Assembly: GCA_030867685.1 (NCBI GenBank)
Contig: JAQOWU010000007.1
Coordinates: 1,488,001 to 1,552,000, forward strand
DNA from: Wickerhamiella versatilis
Taxonomy: Eukaryota
Length of the DNA: 64,000 bases
Direction: 5' to 3'
This document shows positions 32,659 through 42,615 of the stretch, in pieces (the first letter of the stretch is position 1; every line of letters starts with the position of its first letter). Under the pieces are notes generated by a model. The model ran no database searches and was not told the origin of the DNA. It saw nothing but the letters and a program-made list of their open reading frames with translations. A program made the position numbers and the translations under genes.

Positions 32659-33135
32659 ATGCTTTGGGGTTGGGGTAATCTGTCAATAGGGCAAGGTGCG
32701 GCGCCTCTTCTAACGACTCTTCCATCTACACATCTTTTTATGCAATTCGCACAACAATCTGCACTAAAACCCAAGGAGGTCGACCTGGTTGTCCTTCAGA
32801 CTTCTTATGAAGTTCTCAGGGAGCAATATGCTCAGCTTCATTCCGCGTATCAAACCTTGATACAGGACCACGAGCTGCTGAAGCAACAGCATGGCCCAAA
32901 AATTCAACTTCCTGGAGCTCAATTGATGCGTCCCTCAGCTGCCAGCCCAGCTATAGATGCCCATGACGAACTTGCGACTAATGCTTCCCATGCGTCACCC
33001 TTAGTGCAACCTCTATCAAGCGAATCAGTGTGCACCAAAAGAAAAAAAGTATGCGGATGCGGCATGTCTTTTCGTGATTCTTATAATCTTAAGCGTCATG
33101 TTCGGCGACAGCATCCAGAAAAAAGTAGGGATTAA
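32659..33135 (+). CDS. Orphan protein with coiled coil and C-terminal C2H2-like finger
   Basis: VCGCGMSFRDSYNLKRHVRRQH. Same frame as the upstream ORF, separated by one TAA. Confidence 0.6.
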   Translation: MLWGWGNLSIGQGAAPLLTTLPSTHLFMQFAQQSALKPKEVDLVVLQTSYEVLREQYAQLHSAYQTLIQDHELLKQQHGPKIQLPGAQLMRPSAASPAIDAHDELATNASHASPLVQPLSSESVCTKRKKVCGCGMSFRDSYNLKRHVRRQHPEKSRD

Positions 33136-33322
33136 TTTCGTGGCAACGGTTTGACTTCGCATGCAGCCTGCCATAAGATCTAATATTAAATTATGGGAAG
33201 AATACCGTTTTCATCCTGATTTAGGCTAAAAATATTTGAAGCTTGGCTAGTTTCCTTAAATTTATTATAAAGAAGGCCTCCCTCACCTAGAAATTTAGGT
33301 GCTTATATAATTTTTTCAAAGT

Positions 33323-33913
33323 ATGCCATCTGGAATAAGAAGGCGGAGAACTGAACGGTCTGATCAAACGAAGGCGACACGTAGACGTTATAAGAAGCCT
33401 ACGAAAAGTCGAGATGTAAGTACAAACCCTGTTATGTCCGCTCATTGGGACCATAACCTTACACTTACACAAAATTATCGACGGATGGGCCTCACATCAA
33501 AACTACAACGGCCTGCAGGTGGCTCTGAAAAAGATATTCTAGCCTCGAAAAAAATAGCAGAAGTCAAACCCATCGGTAAGGATAGGTCCAGCGTGAAACA
33601 AGGCCGAATTATACATGAGCCGGATGGGTCGAGTCGCGTAGAATATATTGAGGAGAGTGAAAGCGATGAGCCGGAAGAATGGCATGGATTTGCCGATGAA
33701 AGCGAGATCGTAAAAGAGTTAGAAGATTATGCAGAGCATGAGGTGAAAGACCGCCGTCACATGTCTACAAGTGAGGTATCATTCTTGGATTTACTCGTTG
33801 AAAAGTATGGGGATGACTATGAAGCTATGCAATGGGACAAAAAGCTCAACAAATTCCAGCACTCTGCAGGTGAACTGAAACGCAGAATCCGAAAGATGCG
33901 CACTGCCAAATAG
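33323..33913 (+). CDS. NOP16: Nucleolar protein 16
   Basis: WDHNLTLTQNYRRMGL, LVEKYGDDYEAMQWDKKLN. Confidence 0.93.
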   Translation: MPSGIRRRRTERSDQTKATRRRYKKPTKSRDVSTNPVMSAHWDHNLTLTQNYRRMGLTSKLQRPAGGSEKDILASKKIAEVKPIGKDRSSVKQGRIIHEPDGSSRVEYIEESESDEPEEWHGFADESEIVKELEDYAEHEVKDRRHMSTSEVSFLDLLVEKYGDDYEAMQWDKKLNKFQHSAGELKRRIRKMRTAK

Positions 33914-33949
33914 ACCCACTAAATTATTTCTAGATGTATCGAAAAGTAT

Positions 33950-35170
33950 TTACCTTGCCTCGCAAAATGCGTGGTAAGCCGTAATTGGCACTTCTGCATT
34001 GAAATGTAATGGTGTCCCAGCTGCAGAGAATAGAACTGCCCCGGGGAATAACTTAAATGTGTGCTTCTGACCTGTCACAGTTCCACTTCCTTTAGTGACA
34101 ATAAAGATAGATGGCCCACGAAGAGCCTCTAATTTACTCTCGGTAGTAGTATGCGTTTCCAGCACCGCGAATTCCTCAATCGGGGGATCAAACAAGCGTG
34201 CACTGCCTCCTTCAAATCTAGGAAACGGAGAAGTGGCCATCTTTTGATCCTCTGCGCCCCCGGACACATAGGTCAACATGTCAACTAGCGTTGGAACGTC
34301 TTTGAACTTAGGAGTGAATCCTGCCCGAACTACATTATCTGACGCAGCCATACACTCAATAATGTCTCCAGATATATATGCATGTGGATCTTTAGCTCGC
34401 AAAAACATAGCCTCACCCGGATTCAAACGACAATAGTTCAGCATCAGCCCACCACAGAAGAGTCCCACATCTGCTGGAAAGTCCTGGTTAACACGAATCA
34501 GAAGTTTTCCCACATCTTCATCCGGAAAGCCACCCCTTTCACAACGCTCAATCAGCTTTCTCGCCAACATCGTAACTCGAGATTCGGGTGCTTCCATTAC
34601 AGAGGAGAAGAGTTTTTTCAACGCATTTTTAGGTTGCGAGGCATACTCAGCCAAAAACTCATTCTTGACAGGTCCTACAAGCTCTGAAAATTCTGGCACA
34701 TGTTCCAGAAATTGAGCAATCTCTTCAGGACGACGGAAACCACAGAATCCTTCGAAGTCTGTCAAAGCTATAGCCATTTCTGGTTTATGATTGTCATCTG
34801 GATAGTTCTTAGGGTCCCTCGCGAACAGGATGCGGCCTAACTCTTTGTCAGGATGTGCCTGTATAGAGAGAGGTTTGCGGATACTCAAAACTTTGAACAG
34901 AAACGGTAGTTCACCAGACCCAAACTTACCAATAACAGCATCGTCTAAGACCGATGGTTGTTTGCTCACAATTTCGCGTAAGTTTAAGTCGCTTCCCAGT
35001 ACACGTGCTGGCATTTTCGGGTGGGTTCCCATCCAAAGTTCCGCAAAAGGCTCATTCTCGTTTACATTGATCGTAGGATTTGCCGCATGGGCATACCTTG
35101 CACACAGACTCTGACTTCCAAGCTTTCCCCAGTCATACTGGGCGTAAGGGCATTCCAACTGCAAAAGCAT
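33950..35170 (-). CDS. PMI40: Mannose-6-phosphate isomerase
   Basis: YDWGK, AELWMGTHP, LSIQAHPDK, YPDDNHKPE, SDNVVRAG. Confidence 0.97.
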   Translation of the reverse strand: MLLQLECPYAQYDWGKLGSQSLCARYAHAANPTINVNENEPFAELWMGTHPKMPARVLGSDLNLREIVSKQPSVLDDAVIGKFGSGELPFLFKVLSIRKPLSIQAHPDKELGRILFARDPKNYPDDNHKPEMAIALTDFEGFCGFRRPEEIAQFLEHVPEFSELVGPVKNEFLAEYASQPKNALKKLFSSVMEAPESRVTMLARKLIERCERGGFPDEDVGKLLIRVNQDFPADVGLFCGGLMLNYCRLNPGEAMFLRAKDPHAYISGDIIECMAASDNVVRAGFTPKFKDVPTLVDMLTYVSGGAEDQKMATSPFPRFEGGSARLFDPPIEEFAVLETHTTTESKLEALRGPSIFIVTKGSGTVTGQKHTFKLFPGAVLFSAAGTPLHFNAEVPITAYHAFCEAR

Positions 35171-35365
35171 CTTCGTAGTTGTGAACCGACACGTGTTATG
35201 TAATCACTATCGTATACTATGTATAGCTCTACTTGGCTTGACTTGAAATATACCTAATTTCATATTTGTTAATACGTCTTACTGGCATTCTTATTATGAT
35301 ACTTTGGGATAATTTACCCTTATAACCAGTCTTCAAGTGGAAGAAGTGACCTGTTGATCTTAATC

Positions 35366-35914
35366 TTAGTTTTTGGGCTTCGGTATATGTTTAGCGAGCC
35401 AGGAAAGTCCTTCCAAAAGGCCTTCTCCTGTCTTGGCGCATGAAGCAACCAGGCACCAGTCCCGGCCTCTGAGTTTGGTCAACTCCAACTTTGCCGTCAA
35501 CTCCTTAGGGGAAAGAGCAGTTGGCAAATCTTGCTTGTTACCAAATACTAGCACTGATACATTGCTCATTTCAGGATCATTAACGATATTAAATAACGCT
35601 TCCCGGGCATCATCCAAGCGTTCAACATTGGCAGAGTCCACAACGAAGATTAGGCCTTGTGCACCTGCGTAATAATGCCGCCAAAGTTGCTGGATCTTTT
35701 CCTGTCCACCTACATCCCATACATTAAATTTGATATTCTTATATTGAACGAATTCTTTGTTGAATCCTACAGTAGGGACGGTCGTGGACGAATGGTTGAA
35801 TTTGAGACGGAATAATATGGTTGTTTTGCCTGCAGCATCAAGGCCAAGCATCAAAATGCGGACCTCGCGGTTGCCAAAAAGCCTTCCAAGAGCCTTTGAT
35901 AGTGAGGAACCCAT
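35366..35914 (-). CDS. ARF6: ADP-ribosylation factor, Arf6/Arf3 class
   Basis: MG start at 35914, [24 protein letters not shown]. Confidence 0.88.
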   Translation of the reverse strand: MGSSLSKALGRLFGNREVRILMLGLDAAGKTTILFRLKFNHSSTTVPTVGFNKEFVQYKNIKFNVWDVGGQEKIQQLWRHYYAGAQGLIFVVDSANVERLDDAREALFNIVNDPEMSNVSVLVFGNKQDLPTALSPKELTAKLELTKLRGRDWCLVASCAKTGEGLLEGLSWLAKHIPKPKN

Positions 35915-36361
35915 GAGGCTCACACAGTTAGACTCACTTGCTTACTTACAATCACCTCCTTTCCTTCTGTTTCGGTTGACATAAAAAAGAACGCTTGACA
36001 AACTAGTCAAAATTGTAGGATAGACTCGCATTTTTGTTAGACTTGTTCTGCCAATTAGCAGTCAATTTAAGTTTATTGGCAAACAGTAGCTTCCTTTTCT
36101 CGACAAAACCCCTACCCACAACAGATCGGGGTTGCGTACATTACTGAGTTGAGTTTGACATAGTGGCAAGTACTACAGTTTCTAATACCATCAAAAGTTT
36201 ATTTTTATCTTTTGATTTGAGAAGAATGCTAGTTCCTTACTAGATCAAATATTATGTGTTTCATTTTGACATTATATGTTTTAGAATTTTATGACATCAA
36301 CGCCCTTAAGATAAGTAAATTCTTTCGCCATTCTTCCATATTTATATCCTTCTAAATTACA

Positions 36362-38071
36362 TTATTGAGCATATGCTGTAGGAAAAAAGCCTTGATTGCC
36401 ATGCAGAGAACCTGTGGTCCAGCCAGTCCCAGAGTCGGCCTGCACAATAGTAATTTGATCACCTGGTTGTATAGATATTTGTGTAGAATCCTGAGCTTCA
36501 TAGGGATATAATGCCGTCATAGTGCGAGATCCTCTCGTAGGCGGGGGCGGAGGAGCTGCAGCAGGCAAAGAAGCACCCTCGATTTCAACATAAGAAGCAG
36601 GCACGAGTCCTCCTTCAACTTTAATCCACCCACTACCATCATCAGCTTGGGATAGACTTAGCGTGTCTCCTGCATGAACACTGCATTCACCGGGTCCACC
36701 GGCTGTAAAATCGTATAGCACGTGCACTATTGGTCCGTTTCGGGTACCTAACGCACGTTGCGTTCTTTGTAGTAAAGACTTGAGACCGAGATGTGTACCT
36801 GTGGAGGACTCACTTCCTTTGGAGCTAGGGCCCACCTCTACAACCTCTTTTTTCTTGCCAAATAATGTTCTGTGAGTTTTGATACGGGTTACTGGAACTT
36901 GTGACATGTCTACGCCTGCTGCTATAGAAGCCTGCTGGATAGTATCAATTTCTACCTCAAACTTCAAGCGTTTATCTTCCACCTTAGACACTTCTTGTAG
37001 TGCGGATGCGCGGGCTCGAAGAAGTGGGGCCACCTGCGTCACATTCATATCCCCAAAGTCTACATGCGAAGCCCTGTCCTTCGCATCCTCATATGCACTC
37101 ATCGCCACCTCCGAGCCCTCAGTAGCTGGTCCCACTGATGTACCCGCTTGTCCTAACATAGCTCTTACTGTCTTGATTGCATTATCCCCGTTAAAAGCCA
37201 TATCATCAGAGTCATGCCAAATTGGGCTTGGCTCGAACAATGTATCTGGAGGATCAATCCACTGATGCACATTGTGCTGAACAAACATTTCAGTATCTTT
37301 TGTGGGGATGTTCGTTTTCACCGCTTCCAGTGCACGCCCATGTGCATCGATACAACGTTGTAAATATGCTTGTTCTTGCTGTCCAGCCAACTTGAAGACA
37401 CGATTGAGCTGCGCCACGCGTGCCTCATTTGCTTCTTGCATAGTATCTAGAAGCTCTGGAATATCTTCATGGTAATACTTATTCTTCATGCGATTAGCCA
37501 TGTTGATTTGAATAATATATTCGTTCTTGTGGTTGTACATATCCTGCTCTCGTTGCTCAACTTTCTTTGATTTTGATCGTGCCGACTCCATTGAGCTGCA
37601 GGATTCATGGTAACGCCCTCTTGCCTTCTTGCATTGGCCATAACTTTCGTCCCTGTAGCGCCCAAGTTTATCATGCGAGTTGGAAAAGTATTCACCAAGC
37701 TCCTCGAAGCGTGACTTAACTGATCCAAGTTGATCAGCAACCTGTATAATCATTTCATCACTAAATTTCTTACGGTCCCCAGCAATCACTTCGGTTTCAT
37801 GGAGTATTGCTTTCCAAGTATTGAGGGAAGAATTCTCTAGAGATCCTGGAGTGACTTGTGGGTATTCCCCAACGCTAACTGCAGCAGAAACTGCTGCCTT
37901 TTTGGAGAAGTATTTGGAACTCAGCGAGCCAAGCTTAGATGCTGCCTCGCGTTCAATGGCGGCTCTTTCACGATAAAATTCGATGATATCATCAATATAC
38001 CTAGTGCCTTCCTTGTACCAAGATGCTGTAGCTTTGTATCCATCAAGCACTTCGTCACCTATAAAAACCAT
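36362..38071 (-). CDS. BZZ1: F-BAR plus two SH3 domains, Bzz1
   Basis: FYRERAAIE, TPGSLE.SSL, FEPSPIWHD, two C-terminal SH3 domains. Confidence 0.92.
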   Translation of the reverse strand: MVFIGDEVLDGYKATASWYKEGTRYIDDIIEFYRERAAIEREAASKLGSLSSKYFSKKAAVSAAVSVGEYPQVTPGSLENSSLNTWKAILHETEVIAGDRKKFSDEMIIQVADQLGSVKSRFEELGEYFSNSHDKLGRYRDESYGQCKKARGRYHESCSSMESARSKSKKVEQREQDMYNHKNEYIIQINMANRMKNKYYHEDIPELLDTMQEANEARVAQLNRVFKLAGQQEQAYLQRCIDAHGRALEAVKTNIPTKDTEMFVQHNVHQWIDPPDTLFEPSPIWHDSDDMAFNGDNAIKTVRAMLGQAGTSVGPATEGSEVAMSAYEDAKDRASHVDFGDMNVTQVAPLLRARASALQEVSKVEDKRLKFEVEIDTIQQASIAAGVDMSQVPVTRIKTHRTLFGKKKEVVEVGPSSKGSESSTGTHLGLKSLLQRTQRALGTRNGPIVHVLYDFTAGGPGECSVHAGDTLSLSQADDGSGWIKVEGGLVPASYVEIEGASLPAAAPPPPPTRGSRTMTALYPYEAQDSTQISIQPGDQITIVQADSGTGWTTGSLHGNQGFFPTAYAQ

Positions 38072-38133
38072 TTAAATGGAGGCTTGATATCTATATTACA
38101 TAACTTGGTCACTTCGAGCAACAAAATACAGAC

Positions 38134-38508
38134 ATGTCGTTCGACTACGCATCTCTCGCTCAGCAGTTTGTGCAGGTTTACTACCAGCAGTTCGAGACAG
38201 CACGTGCTAACCTTGCGTCTTTGTACCGTGATAGCTCCATGATGACGTTTGAAACGAACCAGGTTCAAGGTTCGCAGGCCATCGTCGAGAAACTCACGAC
38301 TCTTCCTTTTCAGAAGGTTCAGCACGAAATAGCAACGCTCGATGCGCAGCCAGGGACACCAGGAAACCGTGATGTTATTGTAATGGTTACAGGTAGGCTC
38401 CTTATTGACAACGAGCAAACGCCTCAACGTTATTCACAGGTATTCCACCTTGTTCCGGAAGGAGAAACTTATTTCGTCTATAACGACATATTTCGACTGG
38501 TTTACTAG
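38134..38508 (+). CDS. NTF2: Nuclear transport factor 2
   Basis: FVQVYYQQF, LYRDSSMMTFE, LPFQKVQH, NDIFRL. Confidence 0.97.
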   Translation: MSFDYASLAQQFVQVYYQQFETARANLASLYRDSSMMTFETNQVQGSQAIVEKLTTLPFQKVQHEIATLDAQPGTPGNRDVIVMVTGRLLIDNEQTPQRYSQVFHLVPEGETYFVYNDIFRLVY

Positions 38509-39095
38509 AACAAGAGTTTATGCTATTCCTCTTAGAGATTTCTTTCTTGGTGTGCAGTGCCTTAATCCTATGGTAGTGCAGTGATTAGTCTACGAGGCAC
38601 TTACTTATATAGTGTTCATCTTATACAGGCCTGTAAGACGATACTATTCTGGCTAGTACTGCCATCGGGTGACTGTAAGTGGGTTTATATCAGGCGAAAG
38701 TTAAAAAATAGTGTTTCAGTTAGGGGCTGAATAACTTCTTTCCTGAGGCTAAACAGAGTCCGTAGGATTGCATTAAAGAGCTGCAACTGTAGCTTTAAAC
38801 TGAGTTGATTGTCTAGTCCGATATTATTTATACAGGGATTCTCAACTAGCATATTCCGATACATACCTATACTTCCTGCGCCTCCATCATTGCATTGACT
38901 ATTCTACAAGATTTTGCTTGATTGAATAATTTTACGGTTGAGACAATACACCTTTATGTTAATTCGTATAATATCCATGGTTGCTTGTGGTTTATTTCGA
39001 CGTCTTTGATTGTTCTTGAATTTACCCTAAACCTGCTTGGCTCCGGGTACCACTCCACAGACTCCACGGATTGCTACCGTCATCATCTCGAAGGC

Positions 39096-42086
39096 ATGAG
39101 TGACAGCCCACCACCCCCAACACGTCCGACAAAACGTCCGGTTCGTGTGAAAACGTCTGAAGATTTTGATTTTGGAGAAGCTGCGCCACCGCCACGCCCA
39201 GCTGTCAGACCCCCAAGGAGGCAATCCGCGAAACCAGGTGAAGTGCTAGGATCCCAGCTTCCTTCTTCTGAAGATTCAAAACCTGCATCAAGAAATATTG
39301 ACGATGAAAAAGCTAAATTGTCCTCGCAATTGGAAAAAATGGATTACCAGGCCACAAGAGACCCAGACGCGGGAAAGCATTTGGGATTTGAAGAAGGTGG
39401 TGCCGTTAAGCCTGGTTCAGATGCTGAGACTTTTGTCAAAGCAGTGTCAGATGTGAATGAGAACCCTGGTGGTGCTCTTTCTCAAGAGCTGGGGCTACCA
39501 GTTTTAGGACCGCGTAAGGCGTATGGAACTCAATCCGCTGGAATCTCTAGTTTGGAGAAGGAACGTGGACTTCAAGAGTCTCCTCCTGGTAAGGATACTG
39601 TTGATGCTGAGAATGAACATGCAAAAGATGACCTTGAACCAAATGAGGCACAGGGAAAGGAGAAAATGACGCCCGTTCCGGATGATGACCATTCAAAAGT
39701 TGGAAAGGACGAAGTCATTGAAAGTAATAAGATGGAGAAGAATGATACAAATAGTTCTGCGAGTCCGAAACATCTACCAGAACAAGAACCAACAGAAGAG
39801 GCACTGGAAGGACCAGGCGATCAGCCCACTAACGAACTGGTTTCTGATGAAAGGCAAATTTCCAAACAAGGGTCTAGTAAAGACTTTCAAGCCAAATCTG
39901 TGGACTTACAAAATATTGATGAACACCCTGAATCAGAGAGGCCGCAAAGTCATGCGCAGGTTGGGTCTGAAGAGAAAAAGGGTTACCCGGAAGTTGCAAA
40001 AACAGCTCTTGATGACAATATAAGTGAAAAACCTGGATTGAAACCAGTGGATGATTCTGAAGCCGCCAAGCTACCGTCACATGACGACCATCATGTTGAA
40101 TTGAAGAAGGAAGGCTCAGACAAAGTAGAGTCCACAGGAGTAGAATCCAATTCTTCAGAGAACAATGTGGAATCCCGTGTTGAGCATAGGGATACCGTCG
40201 ATGAACAAAAAATTGGATCGGCTTTCCGGAAGCCCAAGATAGCAGAAAGCGATCAGAAAGAAGCCACAGAGAAGCCTACACCAGAAGAGACGAATAAAAA
40301 GACTAAGATTGAATCTCATGAGGGTAAAAGAAATCTTAGCACTTCAGATGTACCGAAAGACGATGAGGAAGTCAATGACAAGGCAATTCCACGTGATGAA
40401 GAGAAACCCGTTGTTGAGCTTCCAAGAAAAGAGGGTGATACGGAATCGCACGATAAGCAGGAAAAAGCTAATTCTTCGGCGGAGGAGAAAAGTCTGAAAC
40501 CACCACCCAGGCCTACACATCGTCCAAAGCTTGTTGCAGCATTTGAGTCTGCTGCACGCGAAAGCGAACGTGCTGCGCCCAAACCTCGACCGAAACCAAA
40601 TGTTGGTGGACGCATAGGACAGCTCAAATCTTCACTCTTTGCTGATTTGAATTCTGCTTTGGAGAGAGGGCAGCAATCGACACCCTTTCCCCGAAGGAGA
40701 AGTGAAGCAGAGGACTCACAACCTTCTTCTGATAGCAAACAAGATATTAAGAGTACTGATTCGAACTCAACTGAGGAGGGAGGATCCGCGGAGGCGCAAC
40801 TTAGTGCAATGCCGTCAAATCCTCGAGCCCGTATGCGTGGTCCGAAACGTCGACTTCCCACGGAAGCCAAACAGAAGTGGTCTACGGTAGTCTCTCCACT
40901 GTGGACTCTCTCTCTGCCGAAAGAACAAGAAAAACCGGCTGCGATTCCTAGCAGGGAAGCAGCAAACAGTTCAGAAACAGATCATGTCGAGTCACCAACT
41001 AACATATCCGCAGGGAAGTCAGATAAAACTAACGCAGAGGCTAAAAGCTCTAAACCCTCATCAGAAGAGCCTATCAAATTGGGCGATGAGAAGAAGCAGA
41101 CTGGAAACCCCGATGAGCAGCGTGCCCATGAATTTATATCTCGGGTCCAGGATGTCGCTTCTAAGGATCCAGTTGAGGGGTCATCAAAAGAGCCTATTGG
41201 AGAGCGGGCCACAGAGTCAGTCAAAGAGCCAGTTAGACAGCCTACCCAGGAATCTGAAAAAAGCTTTGGTGACTCCACAGAACGTTTTACTGAGAGAGAT
41301 ATTGATTCTACTGGAGTATCTTCTGAGCTTAATCCGCCTTTTGACAAGCCTAAAATCTCAACAGAGGATTTGCCAAAAACATCCGAGACTGAGGAAAAGA
41401 GTATCAAAGACGAACCTGGTGTTCCTGACGAGCCTAGAGATAACGTATCGCAGTCAAAATATAATCAAGGTGACCCAAAGATTATCGTAGAGAAAGATGC
41501 GACACCTGAGAGTGAATCAGAGAGTTTTAAGGGCTCTGATACGTCCCTCCGTAGGGCTGTCGCAGCTGCCATGAGCAACAGACCGGAGAGGGAACACATG
41601 ACAGATATACGCGCAGAAGTGCAGGATACATCACTCCCTAAGCTCTCATCCCTGTTAGATAAACCTTCTGTGAGCCAGCATGGTGACGAACACCTTGGGC
41701 TTCATATAGGGCAAGATGGTCTTTCAACGAACGGACTTACTGAGGACCTGCTTCGTCCATCAGAAAATGCTGAGGAATCTAAAGTGGCTGAGCCTGCAGC
41801 AAAGCAAGATGAAGAACCTCTAATGATTCCAGGGTTGTCTCACTTTCTTGATATGCCACGGCACCACAGAGAGGGACGACCTGTGTCTCCATCAAAGGTT
41901 AGTGATATAAGTGTCGATCTTCCTGAGGCCCCAGCACCTGTCACAGATTATTTTGAAAATGCGCCACCGCCTCGGCCAGCAAAACGCCCTCCTACTGCTG
42001 AAGAACGGCTCGAGCTTGCGCGCAGACGTATACGAGAGCATCACGGAGAGCATTCCCTCGAGAGTGTAGACGATGATCAGCCGTAG
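39096..42086 (+). CDS. AIM21: Large disordered Pro-rich protein with capping-protein-interaction-like motif, Aim21-like
   Basis: PPPRP motifs, GRIGQLKSSLFADLNSAL, RARMRGPKRRLP. First ATG at 39096. Confidence 0.65.
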   Translation: MSDSPPPPTRPTKRPVRVKTSEDFDFGEAAPPPRPAVRPPRRQSAKPGEVLGSQLPSSEDSKPASRNIDDEKAKLSSQLEKMDYQATRDPDAGKHLGFEEGGAVKPGSDAETFVKAVSDVNENPGGALSQELGLPVLGPRKAYGTQSAGISSLEKERGLQESPPGKDTVDAENEHAKDDLEPNEAQGKEKMTPVPDDDHSKVGKDEVIESNKMEKNDTNSSASPKHLPEQEPTEEALEGPGDQPTNELVSDERQISKQGSSKDFQAKSVDLQNIDEHPESERPQSHAQVGSEEKKGYPEVAKTALDDNISEKPGLKPVDDSEAAKLPSHDDHHVELKKEGSDKVESTGVESNSSENNVESRVEHRDTVDEQKIGSAFRKPKIAESDQKEATEKPTPEETNKKTKIESHEGKRNLSTSDVPKDDEEVNDKAIPRDEEKPVVELPRKEGDTESHDKQEKANSSAEEKSLKPPPRPTHRPKLVAAFESAARESERAAPKPRPKPNVGGRIGQLKSSLFADLNSALERGQQSTPFPRRRSEAEDSQPSSDSKQDIKSTDSNSTEEGGSAEAQLSAMPSNPRARMRGPKRRLPTEAKQKWSTVVSPLWTLSLPKEQEKPAAIPSREAANSSETDHVESPTNISAGKSDKTNAEAKSSKPSSEEPIKLGDEKKQTGNPDEQRAHEFISRVQDVASKDPVEGSSKEPIGERATESVKEPVRQPTQESEKSFGDSTERFTERDIDSTGVSSELNPPFDKPKISTEDLPKTSETEEKSIKDEPGVPDEPRDNVSQSKYNQGDPKIIVEKDATPESESESFKGSDTSLRRAVAAAMSNRPEREHMTDIRAEVQDTSLPKLSSLLDKPSVSQHGDEHLGLHIGQDGLSTNGLTEDLLRPSENAEESKVAEPAAKQDEEPLMIPGLSHFLDMPRHHREGRPVSPSKVSDISVDLPEAPAPVTDYFENAPPPRPAKRPPTAEERLELARRRIREHHGEHSLESVDDDQP

Positions 42087-42615
42087 AATTGATCCAAAGT
42101 CCAAACGCATTAAATGTTGGAAGACAGTCTCGAGCAACTCCAAGCAAGATATGTCTTTCTGGTTATACTATGTTCTTTACTATACGGAAAGTACAATGAG
42201 TAAAACTTTAAGTATTTCACAGTGATATGACCTATGTTTTTGACATATCCCTATATATATATTGTATGAAGCCGTCATATGTAAATTTTCGGTATCTTTC
42301 GAGATTTCACATCGTTTCTGATGACTTAGCTGTTCCGGTATGCATCGATAATTTCAGAGTGACGTACATTGAGTATTTCATCTGCGTTGCACATGTGCAT
42401 GCGCTGTGATCTAGACACTTTCAGAAAATTTTCACCTAATGATTGAATTAATTGTAGAAAATATGAGGTTGGACCCTACTGGACCACCGGAGGGCTGGTG
42501 ATTCGCTACCCCATCCTTACCCTACCCTATAATATACATACCGTAGCTAGAGTTTCTCGCTTAGCTAGGCTTTGGCTTGATCACAAAGAGGACGTTTAAA
42601 ATTGGCGTTTCTTCA

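Noticed and set aside
38557..38810. Several short hairpins downstream of NTF2 suggesting an H/ACA snoRNA
   Set aside because: No correctly placed H box or ACA; stems are short enough to arise by chance.
38922..39095. ORF-track N-terminal extensions from TTG/GTG or overlapping starts (also 15692-15835, 42577, 59565-59723, 35915-35923)
   Set aside because: Eukaryotic context; downstream ATGs give the expected N-termini, signal peptides or myristoylation site.
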